Source: a bacterium
GTDB taxonomy: Bacteria; UBA8248
Direction: 5' to 3'
Assembly (NCBI GenBank): GCA_965204535.1
Contig: OZ241996.1
Span: 256,001-320,000, forward strand
DNA length: 64,000 nt
The stretch's first letter is position 1; each line of letters starts with the position of its first letter. Below the pieces are notes generated by a model. The model saw only the letters and a program-made list of their open reading frames with translations. It had not been told where the DNA came from and made no database searches. This document shows, one piece after another, positions 48,306 through 64,000 of this stretch. The position numbers and the translations under genes are program-made.

Positions 48306-48866
48306 ATGGCGACAGCAGTTGTGGAGAAGGGGAGGCTGGCGACGGGCAAGGCGCCCCGCGAAGATAAGCTCGAGGCGATAGAGGTGCTCCAGACTCGTTT
48401 TAACGAGAGCACCTCTTTGGTGTTGTTCGACTACCGCGGGCTGAGCGTCGCGCAGATGACCGCGCTCAGGCGGCAAACGCGCGAAGCGGGCGTTCGGCTC
48501 TCCGTCGTCAAGAATTCGCTCACCGAGCGCGCGGTGGAGGGCACGGGTTTCGAGGAGTTGCAGGGAAGGCTCATCGGGCCGATTTCCATCGTGACGACCG
48601 ACGGCGACCCCTCGACGCCCGCCAAGATACTCAAGGAATTCGTGAAGAAAGAGTCCGCCGGCGAGATCAAGGGCGGGGTTCTGGACGGCAGATTTCTGGA
48701 AACCGCCGAAGTGGACTCGCTCGCGGAACTGCCCTCGCGCGATGTGCTGCTCTCGATGTTGCTCTCCGCCTTACAGGCCCCCGTGGCGGGTCTGCCGAGA
48801 GTTCTGAACGGCGTCGTTTCCCAACTCATAAATGTCGTCGACGCCATTGCCAAAAAGAAAGAATAA
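48306..48866 (+). CDS. rplJ: 50S ribosomal protein L10
   Basis: DYRGLSV, VVKNSL, LAELPSR. Confidence 0.96.
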   Translation: MATAVVEKGRLATGKAPREDKLEAIEVLQTRFNESTSLVLFDYRGLSVAQMTALRRQTREAGVRLSVVKNSLTERAVEGTGFEELQGRLIGPISIVTTDGDPSTPAKILKEFVKKESAGEIKGGVLDGRFLETAEVDSLAELPSRDVLLSMLLSALQAPVAGLPRVLNGVVSQLINVVDAIAKKKE

Positions 48867-48976
48867 GTGTAATATAACTGTTTGCCCTTAGAAGGGGGGC
48901 AAACAGTGAAATTTTCAAGATAAAATGGCCTTGATCTGGCCGATGGTCTATTGCGATTGCGAGGAAAGGGCGAATT

Positions 48977-49360
48977 GTGGCGACCAAAGAAGAAGTAATC
49001 GATTTCATTGAAAACATGACGGTGATGGAGTTGAGCGACTTCGTCAAGGAGCTCGAGGAGAAGTTCGGCGTAACCGCGGCCGCGCCCATGATGGTGGCCG
49101 GAGCGGGAATGGCGGCGGGCGGCGACGCGGGCGAAGCGGCGGAGGAGCAAACCGATTTCACCGTCACCCTCAAAGCTTTTGGTTCAGAGAAAATCAAGGT
49201 TATCAAGACCGTCCGCGAACTGACCAATCTTGGTCTCAAGGAGGCGAAAGACTTGGTGGAGAGCGCACCCCAAGCCGTCGTGGAGGCGGTTCCCAAGGAA
49301 GACGCCGATGCTGCTGCCGATAAGCTCAAAGCGGTAGGCGCGGAGGTGGAAATCACATAG
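48977..49360 (+). CDS. rplL: 50S ribosomal protein L7/L12
   Basis: [21 protein letters not shown]. Confidence 0.98.
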   Translation: MATKEEVIDFIENMTVMELSDFVKELEEKFGVTAAAPMMVAGAGMAAGGDAGEAAEEQTDFTVTLKAFGSEKIKVIKTVRELTNLGLKEAKDLVESAPQAVVEAVPKEDADAAADKLKAVGAEVEIT

Positions 49361-49454
49361 GGCTCACCCGGGATGCCGATGGCCCGATCCCTGCCGGTCG
49401 CGGCGGGGTCGGCGCTTTACTCGTATCGCCCCCACTTTTTTGAGGTGAGCCGAC

Positions 49455-52400
49455 ATGAATATAAAAAATGGCAAGAACGGCCGTCGGGTTCGAGAGGATT
49501 TCGCCTCCATACCTGCGGTTATCGATATTCCGAATTTGATCGACATTCAGCTGTCTTCCTACGAACGATTTCTCCAATGGGAAGTGTTGCCCTCCGAGCG
49601 ACGTACGGACGAGGGTCTCGAGGGCGTGTTTCGCAGCGTCTTCCCCATCTCCGATGCCGCCGAGAATGTAACGCTCGAATACCTCGGCTATGAAATAGGC
49701 GTCTGGGAGTCGAAGGGCAACGAATATCCCGGCCTTGGCGGCCCCGGCGTGAAGGACGACGACGGGGTGGAGGTCTTCTGCCGGCAAAAGCACGAGGCGG
49801 ATGAATGCCGCCAGAGAGGGATGACCTACGTCGCGCCCCTGCGCGTCATGCTGCGCCTTACGGTGTACGAGCATGATGAGCAGACCAAGGAGCGCCGCGT
49901 CCGCGAGGTGAAGGAGCAAAAGGTATACTTGGGGGAAATCCCCCTGATGACGGAGAACGGCACCTTCATCATCAACGGCACGGAGCGGGTCGTCGTCAGC
50001 CAGATGCACCGCTCGCCCGGCGCCTTCTTCAGCGCGGACAAGGTGAAGCCCACCGCCAAATCGGCCTTTACGGCCCGGCTCATCCCCTACCGGGGAAGCT
50101 GGCTGGACTTCGAATTCGACAGCAAGGATTTGCTCTTCGTCCGAATCGACAGGCGCCGCAAACTTCCCGTCACCGTTCTGCTGCGCGCGTTCGGCCTGGA
50201 TAAAGACGATATTCTCAATTCTTTCTACCAGAGCGAGGAACTCTTCTACGACGAGAAGAGAGACACTTATTACAAGAAACTCTCCGAACTCATGGTGAAC
50301 CAGAGGATTTTCGAGGACATCGTCCTCCCCGAGACGGGCGAACTCGTTCTGCGGTCGGGGCGCAAGTTCACGCGCGCCGCTCTTCGGAAGCTTCAGTCCG
50401 CGGGCGTGGAGATTCTGGAACTCAAGGACGAGGAAGTCGTCGGGGGCATTCTGGCCCAGCCGGTGGCCGACCCCGAAACCGGCGAGGTGCTCTTCGACAC
50501 GAACCTCGAGATCACCTCCGAGGTTCTCGCCGCCCTGCGAGACAAGAAAATCCCCAAGCTGGCGATTCTCTACGTCTCCGGCGTGGGGGCGGACAGGACC
50601 ATCCGCGACACCCTGACGTCGGATAAATGCGAGACGCAAGAAGATGCTCTCGTCGAGATATACAAGCGCCTGCGCCCGGGCGATCCCCCGACGAAAGAAA
50701 CGGCGAGGCTCCTTTTCGAGAATCTTTTCTTCAACTCAAAGCGATATGACTTGTCGCGCATCGGACGCCTGAAGCTGAACACGAAGCTGGGCCTGAACCT
50801 CCCGCTGGATCAGAGAACCCTGACGCTCAACGACGTTATCGCCACGGTCCGCTACATCATCGAGCTTCGCCATGGTCAGGGGGTGGTGGACGACATCGAT
50901 CATCTCGGCAACCGGCGCGTGCGTTCCGTGGGCGAGTTGCTCGAAAGCCAGTTCCGCGTCGGTCTCGTGCGCATGGAGCGCGCCATCCGCGAGCGGCTGA
51001 GCATCCAGGACATGGAAAATCTGTTGGTGCGCGATCTGGTCAACTCCAAGATGATCACGGCGGCGGTGAAGGAATTTTTCGGTTCCAGCCAGTTGAGCCA
51101 GTTCATGGACCAGACGAATCCCCTCTCGGAGATCACCCACAAGCGCAGGCTCTCGGCCCTGGGACCCGGCGGCCTGACGCGCGACCGGGCCGGTTTCGAG
51201 GTGCGCGACGTTCATGCCACGCACTACGGCCGCATTTGCCCGATCGAGACGCCCGAGGGGCCGAACATCGGGCTGATTGCGAGCCTTTCCACGTATGCGC
51301 GCGTGAATCAGTACGGATTCATCGAAACGCCCTGCCGCAAGGTGGTGAACGGACGCGTGGGAGCATCGGTCGAATGGCTCTCGGCGATCGATGAGGACAA
51401 GTACAAGATCGCCCAGGCGAACGCGCCCGTGGACGATAAGGGCAACCTCGTCAACGAATTCGTTTCGGCGAGGACGAGCGGAGAGTTCGTCATGGTGCCC
51501 CGCGAGCAGGTGGACTACATGGACGTATCGCCCAAGCAGTTGGTGAGCGTGGCCACCTCCCTCATTCCCTTCCTGGAGAATGACGACGCGAACCGCGCGC
51601 TCATGGGTTCGAACATGCAGCGCCAGGCGGTTCCCCTGTTGCGGCCCGAGGCGCCCTTCGTCGGCACCGGCATGGAGGGAATCGCGGCAAGGGACTCGGG
51701 CGCGGTCGTCATCGCGCAATGCGACGGCCGTGTGGCGAGCGTGGACGCGACCAGAATCGTGATTCGCGCGACCGAGCAGGCGGGAAACCTGGCCGAAGAG
51801 GGCGTCTACATCCACAATCTGGTGAAGTACCGCCGTTCGAACCAGAATACCTGCATCAACCAGAAACCCATCGTACACGTGGGCCAGGAGGTGCAGAAGG
51901 GCGACATCATCGCGGATGGGTTCTCCACCGATCAGGGCGAGCTCGCTCTGGGCAGAAACATGCTTGTCGCCTTCATGCCCTGGAACGGCTACAACTTCGA
52001 GGACGCCATCGTCATCTCCGAAAAGGTGGTGAAGGAAGACATCTACACCTCCCTCCACATCGAGGAGTTCGAAATCGAGGCGCGCGACACGAAACAGGGC
52101 CCCGAGGAGATCACGCGCGACATCCCGAATCAGAGCGAAGAAGCCCTCCGCGACCTCGATGAGAGCGGCATCGTTCGCGTGGGCGCGCGGGTCAATCCGG
52201 GAGACGTGCTCGTCGGGCGCATCACGCCCAAAGGAGAGACGCAGCTGAGCCCCGAGGAGAAGCTCCTGCGGGCCATCTTCGGCGAGAAGGCGGGCGACGT
52301 CCGCGACTCCTCGCTCAGGGTGCCTCCGGGGATCGAGGGGACGGTCGTGGAAGTGCGCGTCTTCTCCAGGCGGGGCGCGGAGAAGGACGCCCGCATGCAG

Positions 52401-53501
52401 CAGATCGAGGATGCGGAAATCGAGAGGCTGGAGAAGGACTACGGCGATGAAATCAACATTCTGAACGAGGAGGGCGATGCGAGAATCCGCTCTCTGCTCA
52501 TCGGGCAGCGCGCCCTCGCCGACGTGGTTCACCTCAGGACGAGTGAGAGCCTCTTCGCCAAGGGGGAGGAATTGAACGAGGAGGGCCTCGCGAAGATCAG
52601 CGGTGTCCACCTCCTGAACCTGCCCGTCGATAAGGCGTTGCTCGACCAGATCAAGGTCCTCTCCGACCACACGAACGAACAGGTCGAGCTGCTCGACAGC
52701 ATTCTGCAGGAAAAGATAGCCAAGCTTCAGCGCGGCGACGAGCTTCCCCCCGGCGTTCTCAAGATGGCGAAAGTCTACGTGGCGATGAAACGCAAGCTCC
52801 AGGTGGGCGACAAGATGGCGGGCCGCCACGGCAACAAGGGGGTCGTCTCCATCATCGTTCCCGAGGAGGACATGCCCTATCTCGAAGACGGCACGCCGAT
52901 CGAGATCGTGCTCAACCCCCTCGGCGTGCCCTCGCGCATGAACGTCGGCCAGATTCTGGAGACGAACCTGGGGTGGGCCGCGAAGGTGCTGGGCAAGCAT
53001 TTCGCGACGCCGGTGTTCGACGGCGCGACGGAGCAGGACATCGTGCGCTTTACGGAAGAGGCGGAGTTGCCGCCATACGGCAAAACCCAGCTCTATGACG
53101 GAAGAAACGGCCAGCCCTTCGAGCAGAAGGTTACGGTGGGGATGATCTACATGCTCAAGCTCCACCACCTCGTGGACGACAAGATTCACGCGCGCTCGAC
53201 GGGCCCCTATTCTCTGGTGACGCAGCAGCCCCTCGGCGGCAAGGCGCAATTCGGCGGGCAGCGCCTCGGTGAGATGGAGGTGTGGGCGCTTGAGGCCTAC
53301 GGCGCCGCCAAGACGCTGCAGGAGATATTGACGGTGAAGAGCGATGACGTCTCCGGCCGCACGCGGATTTATGAGTCCATCGTAAAAGGAGAGAACTCGC
53401 TGGAGGCGAGTCTGCCGGAATCCTTCAACGTGTTGATGAAGGAGCTTCAGAGTCTCGCCCTTGATGTCGAATTGATAGAGAGCGGCGAGGCGCCGAGCTA
53501 G
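49455..53501 (+). CDS. rpoB: RNA polymerase beta subunit
   Basis: [36 protein letters not shown]. Confidence 0.99.
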   Translation: MNIKNGKNGRRVREDFASIPAVIDIPNLIDIQLSSYERFLQWEVLPSERRTDEGLEGVFRSVFPISDAAENVTLEYLGYEIGVWESKGNEYPGLGGPGVKDDDGVEVFCRQKHEADECRQRGMTYVAPLRVMLRLTVYEHDEQTKERRVREVKEQKVYLGEIPLMTENGTFIINGTERVVVSQMHRSPGAFFSADKVKPTAKSAFTARLIPYRGSWLDFEFDSKDLLFVRIDRRRKLPVTVLLRAFGLDKDDILNSFYQSEELFYDEKRDTYYKKLSELMVNQRIFEDIVLPETGELVLRSGRKFTRAALRKLQSAGVEILELKDEEVVGGILAQPVADPETGEVLFDTNLEITSEVLAALRDKKIPKLAILYVSGVGADRTIRDTLTSDKCETQEDALVEIYKRLRPGDPPTKETARLLFENLFFNSKRYDLSRIGRLKLNTKLGLNLPLDQRTLTLNDVIATVRYIIELRHGQGVVDDIDHLGNRRVRSVGELLESQFRVGLVRMERAIRERLSIQDMENLLVRDLVNSKMITAAVKEFFGSSQLSQFMDQTNPLSEITHKRRLSALGPGGLTRDRAGFEVRDVHATHYGRICPIETPEGPNIGLIASLSTYARVNQYGFIETPCRKVVNGRVGASVEWLSAIDEDKYKIAQANAPVDDKGNLVNEFVSARTSGEFVMVPREQVDYMDVSPKQLVSVATSLIPFLENDDANRALMGSNMQRQAVPLLRPEAPFVGTGMEGIAARDSGAVVIAQCDGRVASVDATRIVIRATEQAGNLAEEGVYIHNLVKYRRSNQNTCINQKPIVHVGQEVQKGDIIADGFSTDQGELALGRNMLVAFMPWNGYNFEDAIVISEKVVKEDIYTSLHIEEFEIEARDTKQGPEEITRDIPNQSEEALRDLDESGIVRVGARVNPGDVLVGRITPKGETQLSPEEKLLRAIFGEKAGDVRDSSLRVPPGIEGTVVEVRVFSRRGAEKDARMQQIEDAEIERLEKDYGDEINILNEEGDARIRSLLIGQRALADVVHLRTSESLFAKGEELNEEGLAKISGVHLLNLPVDKALLDQIKVLSDHTNEQVELLDSILQEKIAKLQRGDELPPGVLKMAKVYVAMKRKLQVGDKMAGRHGNKGVVSIIVPEEDMPYLEDGTPIEIVLNPLGVPSRMNVGQILETNLGWAAKVLGKHFATPVFDGATEQDIVRFTEEAELPPYGKTQLYDGRNGQPFEQKVTVGMIYMLKLHHLVDDKIHARSTGPYSLVTQQPLGGKAQFGGQRLGEMEVWALEAYGAAKTLQEILTVKSDDVSGRTRIYESIVKGENSLEASLPESFNVLMKELQSLALDVELIESGEAPS

Positions 53502-53585
53502 ACCTGAATTTCTGAGCCTGTTTGTTCGGCGGTTCCATCGGCCGTCGCCCAAGGGATGACGCACATACTCCCAAGGAGGGTTGAA

Positions 53586-57737
<4,152 letters not shown>

Positions 57738-57772
57738 CCCCTTGAAAATATGGATTTTTTCCGCGTGTGAGG

Positions 57773-57800
57773 TTGACAAGAGCGCGTGTAGGGCTATAAT
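57773..57800 (+). promoter_or_regulatory. Sigma-70 promoter of the str operon
   Basis: TTGACA-16 bp-TATAAT. Confidence 0.8.
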
Positions 57801-57998
57801 CGCCGCTTCGTTGTCTGGAGTGCGTGGTTCTTGAAGTCGTAGAGCCTTGCAAGTAATTGAAATAATTAAGATTATTTGGCTGCCCCATCTCGAGGCTCAG
57901 CCGTAGTCGAAATAAAAGGCCCCGAGATGAGGGCGAAGAACGCTTTGGTCTCGAAAGAGCGGGATTTTTCGGGGCGGCTTTCTCATGATTCGGAGTGA

Positions 57999-58373
57999 AT
58001 GGTGCCGACGATCAGCCAGTTGATACGCAAGGGGCGCAAGCGGATTCAGACGAAAACCGATAGTCCTGCGCTGCGCAATTGTCCCCAGAAGCGCGGCGTT
58101 TGCGTTCGTGTGTATACGACGACGCCCAAGAAGCCGAACTCGGCGCTCCGGAAGGTCGCTCGTGTGCGTCTCACCAATGGCATGGAGGTGACCACCTACA
58201 TCCCCGGAGAGGGACACAACCTTCAGGAACACTCCATCGTCTTGATCCGCGGCGGACGCGTGAAGGATCTGCCCGGCATTCGCTATCACGTCGTTCGGGG
58301 AACGCTCGACAGCGTGGGCGTGGAAGCGCGTCGTAACGGGCGCTCCAAATACGGGGCGAAAAAGCCGAAGTAG
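57999..58373 (+). CDS. rpsL: 30S ribosomal protein S12
   Basis: [20 protein letters not shown]. Confidence 0.99.
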   Translation: MVPTISQLIRKGRKRIQTKTDSPALRNCPQKRGVCVRVYTTTPKKPNSALRKVARVRLTNGMEVTTYIPGEGHNLQEHSIVLIRGGRVKDLPGIRYHVVRGTLDSVGVEARRNGRSKYGAKKPK

Positions 58374-58415
58374 GCGGCGTTCTCGTTTCAGGTTCAGCAG
58401 GGAGACTCATATTTC

Positions 58416-58883
58416 ATGGCGAGAAGAAAAAGAGCCACGAAAAGAACCGTTTTGCCGGATCCGAAGTTCAACGACCGGCTGGTAACCAAGTTCATCAACT
58501 CCCTGATGCTCAAGGGGAAGAAGAGTCTGGCCGAGCGCGTGTTCTACGGGGCGATGGACGTGGTGGAGGAGAAGATGAAGGAAGACCCCATCAAGGTCTT
58601 CAAGCGCGCCATGGACAACGTGAAGCCCGCTCTCGAGGTCCGCTCCAGGCGTGTGGGCGGCGCCACCTATCAGGTGCCCGTGGAAGTGCGGCCCGACAGG
58701 CGCACGGCGCTCAGTATCCGCTGGATCATCCAGAACGCGCGGAGCCGGGACAGGAAGATTGCGAACGGCCTCGCCGCCGAGATCATGGACGCTGCGAACG
58801 ATACGGGCGGCGCCGTTCGCCTGAGAGAGAACACGCATCGCATGGCGGAGGCGAACAAAGCCTTCGCACACTATCGTTGGTAG
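58416..58883 (+). CDS. rpsG: 30S ribosomal protein S7
   Basis: [24 protein letters not shown]. Confidence 0.99.
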   Translation: MARRKRATKRTVLPDPKFNDRLVTKFINSLMLKGKKSLAERVFYGAMDVVEEKMKEDPIKVFKRAMDNVKPALEVRSRRVGGATYQVPVEVRPDRRTALSIRWIIQNARSRDRKIANGLAAEIMDAANDTGGAVRLRENTHRMAEANKAFAHYRW

Positions 58884-58901
58884 GCCAGGGAAGGATAGAC
58901 C

Positions 58902-61007
58902 GTGCCCAGCGAAGCGCTCCGGAAAACGAGAAACATCGGCATCATGGCGCATATCGATGCCGGCAAGACGACGACGACCGAGCGCGTCCTGTTCTACACG
59001 GGCCGAACCCACAAAATGGGCGAGGTGCATGACGGCGCGGCCACCATGGACTGGATGGCGCAGGAACAGGAACGCGGCATCACCATCACCTCCGCGGCGA
59101 CGCGCTGCGCCTGGAACGATCACGTCATCAACATCATCGACACGCCCGGCCATGTGGATTTCACGGCAGAGGTGGAGAGAAGCCTGCGGGTTCTCGACGG
59201 CGCTGTGGCGGTGTTCTGCGCCGTGGGCGGCGTGGAGCCGCAAAGCGAGACGGTCTGGCGGCAGGCGGAGAAATACGGCGTTCCCCGCCTCGTGTTCGTC
59301 AACAAGATGGACAGGACGGGCGCGGATTTCCAAAGGGTGGTGAATGAAGTGAGGGAGCGTCTCGCCGCGAACCCGCTCATGCTGCAACTGCCGATCGGGG
59401 CGGAGGAGAATTTCGCCGGCATGGTGGATCTCGTGACCATGAAGGCGCGGGTGTTCGACGACCCGATGGGCGCTTCCTACCGGGAGGCGGAAGTGCCTGA
59501 TAATCTGAAGGACGAAGCGAATGATCTGAGAGAAAAGCTCTTCGACACGCTCTCGATGTTCGATGACTCGTTGGTGGAGAAATACCTGGAAGGCGAGGAG
59601 ATTTCTCCCGAGGAGATTCGGGCCGCAATTCGACAGGGAACGATCTGCGGCGAATTTGTTCCCGTCGTATGCGGCTCCGCGTTTAGGAACAAGGGCGTTC
59701 AACTCCTTCTCGACGCCATCATCGACTACCTTCCCTCTCCTCTCGAAATTCCCCCCGTTCAGGCCGTCTTGTCAGATGAAGATTTGGAACTGGGCAGAAA
59801 GCCCGAGGAGAGAGCGCCCTCGGACGAGGACCCGCTCTGCGCGCTGACTTTCAAGGTCATGACGGACCCTTATGTAGGCCAACTGGTATTTATCCGCGTG
59901 TATTCCGGCGTGCTGAAATCGGGTTCCTCCGTATTGAACACGATCACCGGCAAGCAGGAGCGCGTAGGGCGTCTCATGCGAATGCACGCGAACAAGCGTG
60001 AAGAGATACAGGAGGCCCACGCAGGCGACATCGTCGCCGCCCTGGGCATCAAACAGGCCAAAACGGGCCATACGCTCTGCGCTCCTTCCCACCCCATCCT
60101 TCTTGAAAGCATCAACTTTCCCGAACCCGTTATTTCCATCGCCATCGAGCCGAAGACGAAATCCGACCAGGACAAGCTCGGCAACGCCCTGGCGAGGCTC
60201 TCGGATGAGGACCCGACCTTCCGGGTGCGTTCGGACGAGGAGACGGCGCAGACCATCCTCTCCGGCATGGGGGAGTTGCACCTGGAGATTCTGGTGGACA
60301 GGCTATTTCGGGAATTCGCGCTGGAAGCCAGCGTGGGCAAGCCCCAGGTCGCCTATCGGGAAACGATCCGGGCCGAGGCCGCTGCGCGCGGGCGTTTCGT
60401 GCGCCAATCCGGTGGACGCGGGCAGTTCGGGGACGTGGAGATCACCATCAGACCGCTCGTTCCGGGCGGCGGGTTTCAGTTCGTCAACAAGATTGTGGGC
60501 GGCGTGATTCCGAGAGAATACATCCCGGCGGTCGAGAATGGCGTCAGAGAAGCCATGGAGAACGGGGTTTTGGCCGGATATCCGTTGCTCGACATCGAGG
60601 TCACGCTTTTCGATGGTTCGTTCCACCAGGTGGACAGTTCGGAGGTGGCCTTCAAAATCGCAGGCTCCATGGCCTTCCGGGAGGCCGCGAAGAAGGCGAA
60701 GCCCGTTCTGCTCGAGCCGATCATGGATATGGAAGTAGTGTGCCCCTCGGATTTTCTGGGTGATGTCATGGGAGACCTCACCTCCCGGCGCGGCCGGATT
60801 CGAGAGATGGATGACAGGGCGGGCGCCAAGGTGGTGAACGCCTCCGTCCCGCTCTCGGAAATGTTCGGTTACGCGACCGACGTTCGGTCGATGACCCAGG
60901 GCAGGGCGACCTATACGATGCAGTTTGGCCGATATGAAGAGATGCCGCGCCAGCTTGCCGAGGAGTTGATGGCGAAAAACGCAGGCACGGCGGTCGAAAC
61001 GGTATAG
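58902..61007 (+). CDS. fusA: Elongation factor G
   Basis: [20 protein letters not shown]. Confidence 0.99.
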   Translation: MPSEALRKTRNIGIMAHIDAGKTTTTERVLFYTGRTHKMGEVHDGAATMDWMAQEQERGITITSAATRCAWNDHVINIIDTPGHVDFTAEVERSLRVLDGAVAVFCAVGGVEPQSETVWRQAEKYGVPRLVFVNKMDRTGADFQRVVNEVRERLAANPLMLQLPIGAEENFAGMVDLVTMKARVFDDPMGASYREAEVPDNLKDEANDLREKLFDTLSMFDDSLVEKYLEGEEISPEEIRAAIRQGTICGEFVPVVCGSAFRNKGVQLLLDAIIDYLPSPLEIPPVQAVLSDEDLELGRKPEERAPSDEDPLCALTFKVMTDPYVGQLVFIRVYSGVLKSGSSVLNTITGKQERVGRLMRMHANKREEIQEAHAGDIVAALGIKQAKTGHTLCAPSHPILLESINFPEPVISIAIEPKTKSDQDKLGNALARLSDEDPTFRVRSDEETAQTILSGMGELHLEILVDRLFREFALEASVGKPQVAYRETIRAEAAARGRFVRQSGGRGQFGDVEITIRPLVPGGGFQFVNKIVGGVIPREYIPAVENGVREAMENGVLAGYPLLDIEVTLFDGSFHQVDSSEVAFKIAGSMAFREAAKKAKPVLLEPIMDMEVVCPSDFLGDVMGDLTSRRGRIREMDDRAGAKVVNASVPLSEMFGYATDVRSMTQGRATYTMQFGRYEEMPRQLAEELMAKNAGTAVETV

Positions 61008-61077
61008 GCAGGTATATCTGGAGGGGGCGGGCGTGAGCCGCCCTCTTTGATTTTCTATCAGAAGGAGAATTCGCGTC

Positions 61078-62256
61078 ATGGCGAAGGCGAAGTTTGAGCG
61101 CACGAAGCCGCACGTGAACGTGGGGACGATAGGTCACGTGGACCACGGGAAGACGACGTTGACGGCCGCGATCACGAGGCACCTCTCGCAGAAGGGGATG
61201 GCGGAGGAGATCGGGTTCGACGAGATCGACAAGGCGCCCGAGGAGCGCGAACGCGGCATCACGATAGCGACGGCGCACGTGGAATACGAGACGGAGAACC
61301 GCCACTACGCGCACGTGGACTGTCCGGGCCATGCGGACTACGTGAAGAACATGATAACGGGCGCGGCGCAGATGGACGGCGCGATACTGGTGGTATCGGC
61401 GGCGGACGGACCGATGCCGCAGACGCGCGAGCACATCCTGCTGGCCCGCCAGGTGGGGGTACCCTACATCTGCGTGTATCTCAACAAAGTCGACATGGTG
61501 GACGACGAGGAGCTCCTGGAGCTGGTGGAGCTGGAAGTCCGCGAGCTTCTCTCGACCTACGAGTTCCCGGGCGACGACATCCCGGTGGTGCCGGGTTCCG
61601 CGCTGAGGGCCCTGGAGGGTACGGACACCTCCTCGATAGACGAGTTGATGGAGGCGGTGGACGGCTACATCCCCGAACCCGTCCGCGACGTCGACAAGCC
61701 GTTCCTGATGCCTGTTGAGGATGTTTTCTCGATCTCCGGCCGGGGTACGGTGGCGACGGGCCGCGTGGAGCGGGGCATCGTGAACGTTGGGGATGAGGTG
61801 GAGATCGTGGGCATCACGGACACGAGGAAGACCGTCGCCACGGGCGTGGAGATGTTCCGAAAGCTCCTGGACCAGGGCCAGGCGGGGGACAACGTGGGCG
61901 TATTGCTCCGGGGTGTGAAGAAAGACGAGATAGAGCGCGGCCAGGTGCTGGCGGAGCCGGCGTCGATCAAGCCGCACTTAAAGTTCAAGGGCGAGGTGTA
62001 CATCCTGACGAAAGAAGAGGGCGGCCGCCACACGCCGTTTTTCAACGGGTACCGCCCTCAGTTTTATTTCCGCACGACGGACGTGACGGGTCTGGTGACG
62101 CTGCCCGAGGGGCGAGAGATGGTGATGCCGGGTGACAACGTGTCGCTGGACGTGGAGTTGATCACGCCGATAGCGATGGAGCGCGAGCTACGCTTCGCGA
62201 TACGCGAGGGAGGCCGCACGGTGGGGGCCGGCGTCGTCACCGAGGTCGTCGAGTAG
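61078..62256 (+). CDS. tuf: Elongation factor Tu, copy 2
   Basis: Near-identical to copy 1 ([10 protein letters not shown] versus [10 protein letters not shown]). Confidence 0.99.
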   Translation: MAKAKFERTKPHVNVGTIGHVDHGKTTLTAAITRHLSQKGMAEEIGFDEIDKAPEERERGITIATAHVEYETENRHYAHVDCPGHADYVKNMITGAAQMDGAILVVSAADGPMPQTREHILLARQVGVPYICVYLNKVDMVDDEELLELVELEVRELLSTYEFPGDDIPVVPGSALRALEGTDTSSIDELMEAVDGYIPEPVRDVDKPFLMPVEDVFSISGRGTVATGRVERGIVNVGDEVEIVGITDTRKTVATGVEMFRKLLDQGQAGDNVGVLLRGVKKDEIERGQVLAEPASIKPHLKFKGEVYILTKEEGGRHTPFFNGYRPQFYFRTTDVTGLVTLPEGREMVMPGDNVSLDVELITPIAMERELRFAIREGGRTVGAGVVTEVVE

Positions 62257-62280
62257 AGAGATGGAAGGATAGCGGGGGAA

Positions 62281-62589
62281 ATGAGCCAGAAGATTCGGAT
62301 TCGACTCAAGGCATACGATCACCGTCTGCTGGACCAATCGGTGGGCGAGATCGTCGATACGGTGAAGCGAACGGGCGCTTCGCTGGTGGGGCCGGTGCCG
62401 CTGCCCACTTCCATCAACAAGTACACGGTGCTGCGCGGCCCGCACATCGACAAGAAATCGAGAGAGCAGTTCGAGATCCGGACGCACAAAAGGCTCGTGG
62501 ATATCATGGAGCCGACCCAGCAGACGGTGGATGCGCTCATGAAGCTCGAACTCGCCGCAGGCGTAGACGTCGAAATCAAGCTGAACTAA
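62281..62589 (+). CDS. rpsJ: 30S ribosomal protein S10
   Basis: [18 protein letters not shown]. Confidence 0.99.
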   Translation: MSQKIRIRLKAYDHRLLDQSVGEIVDTVKRTGASLVGPVPLPTSINKYTVLRGPHIDKKSREQFEIRTHKRLVDIMEPTQQTVDALMKLELAAGVDVEIKLN

Positions 62590-62599
62590 CCGGGATGAT

Positions 62600-63316
62600 G
62601 TGATGGAATTTTTGCTTGGTCGAAAAATCGGGATGACCCAGGTGTTTTCGCCGGATGGCGGAGCGATCTCGGTGACGGTGGTCGAGGCGGGTCCTTGCAC
62701 CGTCGTGCAGCGCAAGACCGAGGAGAATGACGGCTACGCGGCCGTTCAGCTCGGGTACATGCCCCGGAAAGAAAAGGGCCTCTCGAAAGCGGCTTTGGGC
62801 CATTTCCAGAAAGCGGGGACGCAGCCGTTTCGATATCTGAAGGAAGTTCCGCTGGAGGATGAGGACGCGGCACTCGAGGCGGGCAGCCTCATCGACGTGA
62901 CGATATTCGATCGCGGCGACCGGCTCGACGTGACGGGCACGAGCAAGGGGCGCGGCTTCGCGGGCGTGATGAAGCGTCATGGATTCGGCGGCGGGCCCGC
63001 CTCCCACGGCGGCATGTTCGATCGCCTGCCGGGGGCGATGGGCGCTTCGGCGTATCCCTCGAAGATCATCAAGGGCAAGAAGATGCCGGGCCAGATGGGG
63101 AACGAAAAGGTCACCACGCAGGGACTCCTGGTGGTGGACGTCATCCCCGAGGAGAATCTGCTTCTGCTCAGGGGCGCCGTGCCCGGAGCGAACGATGGAT
63201 TTGTGGTTTTGCGCAAGAGCGTCAAGGGCAACAGGGGCGGGCTGGAAAAACCGAAGGAGCAGGCCAGGAGCCTGAACCCCCTGAAGGCTTCGAAGCGGGC
63301 CGCGCGAGGGAATTGA
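62600..63316 (+). CDS. rplC: 50S ribosomal protein L3
   Basis: GRKIGMTQ, SKGRGFAG, KKMPGQMG. Confidence 0.98.
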   Translation: MMEFLLGRKIGMTQVFSPDGGAISVTVVEAGPCTVVQRKTEENDGYAAVQLGYMPRKEKGLSKAALGHFQKAGTQPFRYLKEVPLEDEDAALEAGSLIDVTIFDRGDRLDVTGTSKGRGFAGVMKRHGFGGGPASHGGMFDRLPGAMGASAYPSKIIKGKKMPGQMGNEKVTTQGLLVVDVIPEENLLLLRGAVPGANDGFVVLRKSVKGNRGGLEKPKEQARSLNPLKASKRAARGN

Positions 63317-63324
63317 GGAACGAC

Positions 63325-63951
63325 ATGCCCCGGATTGATGTGTATGACTTGGAAGGCCAGGTGGTGGAGCAGATGGATCTGCCCGAGTCCGTTTTTGACG
63401 GTGAGGTGAAGGTGCACCTGATCCACCAGATGGTGAAGGCGCAACTCGCGGCGCGGCGCGCAGGCACGCATTCGACGCTGACGCGCAAGGAAGTGCACGG
63501 CACGGGCGCGAAGCCTTTTCGCCAAAAGGGCGGGGGACGCGCTCGCGCGGGCGACGTCAAATCCCCGATATGGCGGCACGGGGGGGTCACCTTCGGCCCC
63601 AAACCGCGCGATTACACCCAAAAGATGAACAAGAAGATGAAAAGCGGCGCACTCCGGAGCGCCCTGAATCTGAAATGGAAAGAAGGAAAACTGCTCGTCG
63701 TGCGCGACCTCAATCTGCCCGAGCCCAAGACGCGCCTCATGGCGGAAGTCATCGAGAACCTGAACCTCGGGCGCAAGGCGTTAATCGTGGACGACGGGGG
63801 TGAGCGGAATTTCGAGTTGGCGACGAGAAACATCAAGGGCGCGAAACCGATGAGGCCCGAGGGTCTGAACGTATACGACATCATGGGTCACGAGCACCTC
63901 GTTTGCACCAAGGGCGCGCTCGGCGGCATCTCGGAAAGGTTGGCGGGCTAG
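63325..63951 (+). CDS. rplD: 50S ribosomal protein L4
   Basis: KPFRQKGGGRARAG, GGVTFGPKPR. Confidence 0.98.
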   Translation: MPRIDVYDLEGQVVEQMDLPESVFDGEVKVHLIHQMVKAQLAARRAGTHSTLTRKEVHGTGAKPFRQKGGGRARAGDVKSPIWRHGGVTFGPKPRDYTQKMNKKMKSGALRSALNLKWKEGKLLVVRDLNLPEPKTRLMAEVIENLNLGRKALIVDDGGERNFELATRNIKGAKPMRPEGLNVYDIMGHEHLVCTKGALGGISERLAG

Positions 63952-63954
63952 GTC

Positions 63955-64000
63955 ATGGAAAACACGTCCATCATCCGCAGACCCTGCGTAACGGAAAAAA
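63955..64000 (+). CDS. rplW: 50S ribosomal protein L23 (partial)
   Basis: MENTSIIRRPCVTEK, follows rplD. Confidence 0.85.
   Translation, partial: MENTSIIRRPCVTEK

Overview
GC-rich bacterial chromosome segment. Gene order and ribosomal/RNAP features suggest a Nitrospinota/Tectomicrobia- or Deltaproteobacteria-like lineage (inference, low confidence). Positions ~1-37 kb are an accessory/metabolic region: hydantoinase B, an atypical LeuA-like synthase/ABC/PrpD/ICL-family operon, toxin-antitoxin remnants, an IS1182-family element, MFS, TTT transporter, ArsR/SRPBCC, an orphan xanthine-dehydrogenase-type Mo subunit, an ARPP-1-like secreted protein, an SSS symporter and others. This region is dense in palindromic repeats. 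Positions ~37.7-64 kb are core genes: dcd, moaC, PIN/TRAM, ispDF, cysS, rlmB, five tRNAs, tuf, secE, nusG, rplKAJL, rpoBC, rpsLG, fusA, a second tuf, rpsJ, rplCDW. Most notable: (1) two paralogous ~150-nt structured non-coding RNAs with compensatory base changes, possible pseudoknots, a C-rich loop and a terminator, one behind a consensus sigma-54 promoter; (2) a family of non-autonomous cassettes bounded by IS1182-type ends that carry REP-like palindromes, which are themselves the IS target; (3) an OsmC-like probable selenoprotein (in-frame UGA plus SECIS-like hairpin); (4) tandem NrdR boxes, DnaA boxes and a structured leader upstream of dcd. All family assignments come from motif recognition by eye; no searches were run.
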